Shown: positions 60,739 through 64,000 of the stretch, piece after piece | Numbering within the stretch: the stretch's first letter is position 1 | Layout of the letters: each line of letters begins with the position of its first letter | Origin: Candidatus Latescibacterota bacterium | GTDB taxonomy: Bacteria > Latescibacterota > UBA2968 > GCA-2709665 | NCBI GenBank assembly: GCA_965237675.1 | Contig: OZ250150.1 | Span: 3,136,001-3,200,000 of the forward strand | Length of the DNA: 64,000 bases | Reading direction: 5' to 3' | Translations under genes and position numbers: made by a program | Notes under the pieces: model-generated | The model's input: the letters and a program-made list of their open reading frames with translations, nothing else | Database searches by the model: none | Told to the model about the DNA's origin: nothing

Positions 60739-61353
60739 ATGGCCTATTCACTTCCGGATCTGCCGTACAGTTATGACGCTCTGGAGCCCCATATCGACGC
60801 CCGAACAATGGAGATTCATCACAGCAAGCACCATAACGCCTATGTTACGAATTTGAACAACGCACTCGACGGGCACGCCGGTCTGGCCGACCAGAGTGTT
60901 GAAGATCTAATCAGTGATCTGGATCGTGTTCCCGAGGCAATTCGAACGGCGGTCCGGAACAATGGCGGCGGCCATGCCAATCACAGTCTGTTCTGGACAG
61001 TGATGTCGGCAAACGGCGGCGGAGAACCTTCCGGAGATCTGGCCGACGCCATCGACGACGCATTTGGCAGCCTGGATGCGGCACGGGAACAGTTTGCCCA
61101 GGCGGCAACCACCCGTTTCGGCAGCGGATGGGCCTGGGTGGTCGTGAACGACGGCAAACTGGAGATTCTCAGCACCCCGAATCAGGACAATCCGCTAATG
61201 ACGGGCGACGGCACGCCGATTCTCGGGCTGGACGTCTGGGAGCACGCCTATTACCTGAATTATCAGAATCGGCGCCCCGATTATATCGAGGCCTGGGGAA
61301 ACGTGATCGACTGGAGCGCGGTGGCGGCCCGATTCGCGGAAGCAACCTCCTAG
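60739..61353 (+). CDS. sodA: Superoxide dismutase [Mn]
   Basis: [26 protein letters not shown]. Confidence 0.95.
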   Translation: MAYSLPDLPYSYDALEPHIDARTMEIHHSKHHNAYVTNLNNALDGHAGLADQSVEDLISDLDRVPEAIRTAVRNNGGGHANHSLFWTVMSANGGGEPSGDLADAIDDAFGSLDAAREQFAQAATTRFGSGWAWVVVNDGKLEILSTPNQDNPLMTGDGTPILGLDVWEHAYYLNYQNRRPDYIEAWGNVIDWSAVAARFAEATS

Positions 61354-61529
61354 CGCGAGCGTCCGCGCCGGCGCAGGAGGGATGATCGTCAGGTAGATAA
61401 CGAACACCCGCCCGATCTTCAATCCGCCGCCGGCTCCGCCGAAACGAAGCGGCAAAGCGCTGTAGACGGTTGTCGGTTTGTGTGTAAATAAACGGCCGGT
61501 TGTATGAATTTTCGCGAAAGGATCATCCG

Positions 61530-62006
61530 ATGGGGCTCAATGTAGGCGATCAGGCGCCGGACTTTACGTTAAAGAGCAAGCGCGGCGACCTGGAAGATGT
61601 TATGTTGAGCAGTTTCAAGGGAAACAAAAACGTCGTGTTGCTGTTCTTCCCCCTCGCGTATACGTCGGTCTGTACCGATGAAATGTGTTCGGTGAGTGGA
61701 GGACTTTCGGAATATAACGACCTGAATGCGCAGGTGCTGGGCATTAGCGTGGACAGTCCGTTTGCCCAGGAGGCGTGGGCAAACGAGAACGATATCTCTT
61801 TTCAGTTGCTGAGCGATTTCAACAAAGAGGTGAGCGCCGCCTACGGAGCGCAATATCAGGATCTCCTGGGTTTCAAGGGCGTCGCGAAACGCGCGGCATT
61901 CGTATTAGACAAAGAAGGGGTCATCCGGTACGCCGAAGTCTCGGAAGACGCTACCGTACTTCCCGACTTCGACGCTGTAAAACGCTGTCTTTCCACGATT
62001 GGCTGA
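61530..62006 (+). CDS. Peroxiredoxin (AhpE/BCP-like)
   Basis: FFPLAYTSVCTDEMC (PxxxTxxC), LLSDFN, KRAAFV. Confidence 0.9.
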   Translation: MGLNVGDQAPDFTLKSKRGDLEDVMLSSFKGNKNVVLLFFPLAYTSVCTDEMCSVSGGLSEYNDLNAQVLGISVDSPFAQEAWANENDISFQLLSDFNKEVSAAYGAQYQDLLGFKGVAKRAAFVLDKEGVIRYAEVSEDATVLPDFDAVKRCLSTIG

Positions 62007-62046
62007 GCGGTCGAGTTACACAATCCTCGAGAAGGTTGAGGGTACT

Positions 62047-62370
62047 ATGGTTACGGTCACCGAGGCTGCGGCGGTAAAAATCAAAGGCCTGCTGGAACGT
62101 GAAGGCCTTCCCGAAGCCGGCCTCCGGATGAAGGTCATCGGAGGCGGTTGTTCGGGGTTGCAATACCAGTTGGGCTTTGAAAATGGCCCGGGCGAAGATG
62201 ACGACACCATCGAATGCAACGGCGTCAGGGTGTTTGTGGATATGAAGAGCGCGCTCTATCTCGCCGGGTCCGCACTGGATTATGACGATGGACTGATGGG
62301 AACGGGCTTCAGGGTATTGAATCCCAATGCCAAGAATCAGTGCGGCTGTGGGGAATCGTTTGGTGTATAA
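62047..62370 (+). CDS. erpA: Iron-sulfur cluster insertion protein (ErpA/IscA)
   Basis: GGGCSGLQY, NPNA...CGCGESF. Confidence 0.88.
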   Translation: MVTVTEAAAVKIKGLLEREGLPEAGLRMKVIGGGCSGLQYQLGFENGPGEDDDTIECNGVRVFVDMKSALYLAGSALDYDDGLMGTGFRVLNPNAKNQCGCGESFGV

Positions 62371-62675
62371 TGAAATGAGCCGGCTTCCTTTGCTGAAACG
62401 GCCGGTTTGTTTCCGGATTTTGGGAGGGAGGGGTCCGGGCTGGATGCCTCCCTTTGTTGTCTGATCAATCAGTTGAACCGGAGTTTCATATTGTTTTTAT
62501 TGCACATTGCAAGCCTGCTCTTGCAAGGGTGCCGGCAGCAATTGGCACTATTGCGGAATTCCGGTGAACCGGCGTCGCCTTGCTGCAAGGAGCCAAGGCG
62601 ACAATTCACGGTGGGGCCGAATGTGCGTCAATCGATTGACCTGGACCTCAATTTTAACGAACACGGGAGGCTTCA

Positions 62676-64000
62676 ATGGCACTGGATGCATACTCAGTGG
62701 GTCTTGCCATTGCTTGCGCGTTTCTCCTCTTTGCTGCGGGTTGGTTTTTGTGTGCGAGGCTCAAGGCCCGCAAAATTCAGGACATTGAACACCACACCGA
62801 GCGTCGCATTTCAAAAATGGTTGAGAAGGCGGGCCGGGAGCGCAGAGCCACATTCCTCGAAGAGAAGAACAAGTGGTACGACGCCAAGACGACGTTCGAG
62901 CGGGAACTGGATAGCAAGAGGCGTGAATTGGAACGGCGGGATGAGGACCTCAACGAAAAAGATAACGGCATACAGGAGCAGCACGAAAACCTCAAACAGC
63001 GAAACAAGGAACTGAATCGCCGGGAGCGCGACGTCCGGCAGCGCGTGGTACAACTGGATCAGAATCAGCAGGAACTCGAACAGGTGCTTGCCGAACAACG
63101 CGCCCAACTGGAACGCATATCGGGCATGAATGTGGATCATGCCAGGGAAATGCTTCTGGAGAACATCGAGACCGGTCTCCGGCATACGGCAACCGCGATG
63201 GGTATGGAGATCATCGATCAGGCCAAGGATCGGTCCGAGCGAGAGTCAAAGAAGATCATTGCACAGGCGATTGAACGATGTTCAACGGATCAGACCGTGC
63301 AATCGTCCATTTCGGTCGTGACGCTGCCCGATGACGATATCAAGGGGAGGATCGTCGGCAAAGAGGGGCGGAATATAATCTCTTTCGAGGCTGCAACCGG
63401 CGTGAAGGTGATCGTTAACGATACGCCCGAAGCCGTGGTTCTCTCCAGCTTCGATCCGGTAAAGCGGGATGTGGCCAGGCTGGCGATGGAGCAGTTGGTG
63501 AAGGAGGGGCGGATCAATCCGAGCCGGGTGGACGAGGTTGTGGCCGACTGTGAAAATCGTATCGAGACCTTCATCGAAGAGGAGGGACGGCGCGCGGTCA
63601 AAGAATTGGGCATCGACAACATGCATCCCGAACTGGTAACGACGTTAGGGCGCTTGAAGTATCGCACCAGTTACGGCCAGAGCGTGTTGGGGCATTCCAA
63701 GGAAGTTGCGTTCCTGGCTGGCGCGATGGCTGCGGAACTCCGGTTGGACGAGACGCTGGCAAGGCGTGCCGGACTGTTGCACGACATCGGCAAAGCGGTC
63801 GATCAGGAACAGGAAGGAACGCATACCGACATCGGCGTGGCGATGGTACGGCAACATGGCGAAGGGCCCGAGGTGGCGAATGCTATTCTGTACCATCACG
63901 GAGACGCCGAAGCCAGTTCTCCCATATCCTTCCTGGTCAAGGCGGCGGACGCCATTTCATCCTCCCGTCCGGGCGCCCGGCGGGATGACGCGGAAGGGTA
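62676..64000 (+). CDS. rny: Ribonuclease Y (3' end runs off the window)
   Basis: Hand translation from ATG 62676 (GGGAGG RBS): N-terminal TM, coiled coil, KH motif KGRIVGKEGRNI, RLKYRTSYGQ, HD motif GLLHDIGK. Confidence 0.93.
   Translation, partial: MALDAYSVGLAIACAFLLFAAGWFLCARLKARKIQDIEHHTERRISKMVEKAGRERRATFLEEKNKWYDAKTTFERELDSKRRELERRDEDLNEKDNGIQEQHENLKQRNKELNRRERDVRQRVVQLDQNQQELEQVLAEQRAQLERISGMNVDHAREMLLENIETGLRHTATAMGMEIIDQAKDRSERESKKIIAQAIERCSTDQTVQSSISVVTLPDDDIKGRIVGKEGRNIISFEAATGVKVIVNDTPEAVVLSSFDPVKRDVARLAMEQLVKEGRINPSRVDEVVADCENRIETFIEEEGRRAVKELGIDNMHPELVTTLGRLKYRTSYGQSVLGHSKEVAFLAGAMAAELRLDETLARRAGLLHDIGKAVDQEQEGTHTDIGVAMVRQHGEGPEVANAILYHHGDAEASSPISFLVKAADAISSSRPGARRDDAEG

Noticed and set aside
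62407-63899. Track ORFs at the right edge
   Set aside because: All are alternative frames of rny, which runs off the window.

Overview
GC-rich bacterial chromosomal DNA, about 45 CDS plus two tRNAs. The short RpoD lacking region 1.1, the TonB receptor, repeated PhyH and heparinase II/III genes and BMC genes suggest an FCB-group organism such as Latescibacterota (inference only). The left part (1-33 kb) is accessory and catabolic. It holds (i) a microcompartment operon whose two shell genes encode 4 and 2 tandem BMC domains, six different domains in total, followed by a DapA-type aldolase with a BMC-type N-terminal module, a PHP hydrolase, a PhyH dioxygenase and an MDR dehydrogenase; (ii) an uncharacterised membrane module of two OPT-like proteins, a ~1500-aa degenerate-M28/FtsX permease and an ABC ATPase; (iii) sugar oxidoreductases and two heparinase II/III-like proteins; and (iv) tRNA-Val(GAC) followed by an internally deleted group IIC intron and an orphan DNA methyltransferase. 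The right part (33-64 kb) is mostly housekeeping: larC, M23 peptidase, rlmN, murA, CCA enzyme, BpsA-like, cysC, murD, rpoD-type sigma, TonB receptor, ygfZ-like, folB-folK-dNK-panB-panC, sodA, peroxiredoxin, erpA and rny. All family calls come from motif recognition by eye; no searches were run.
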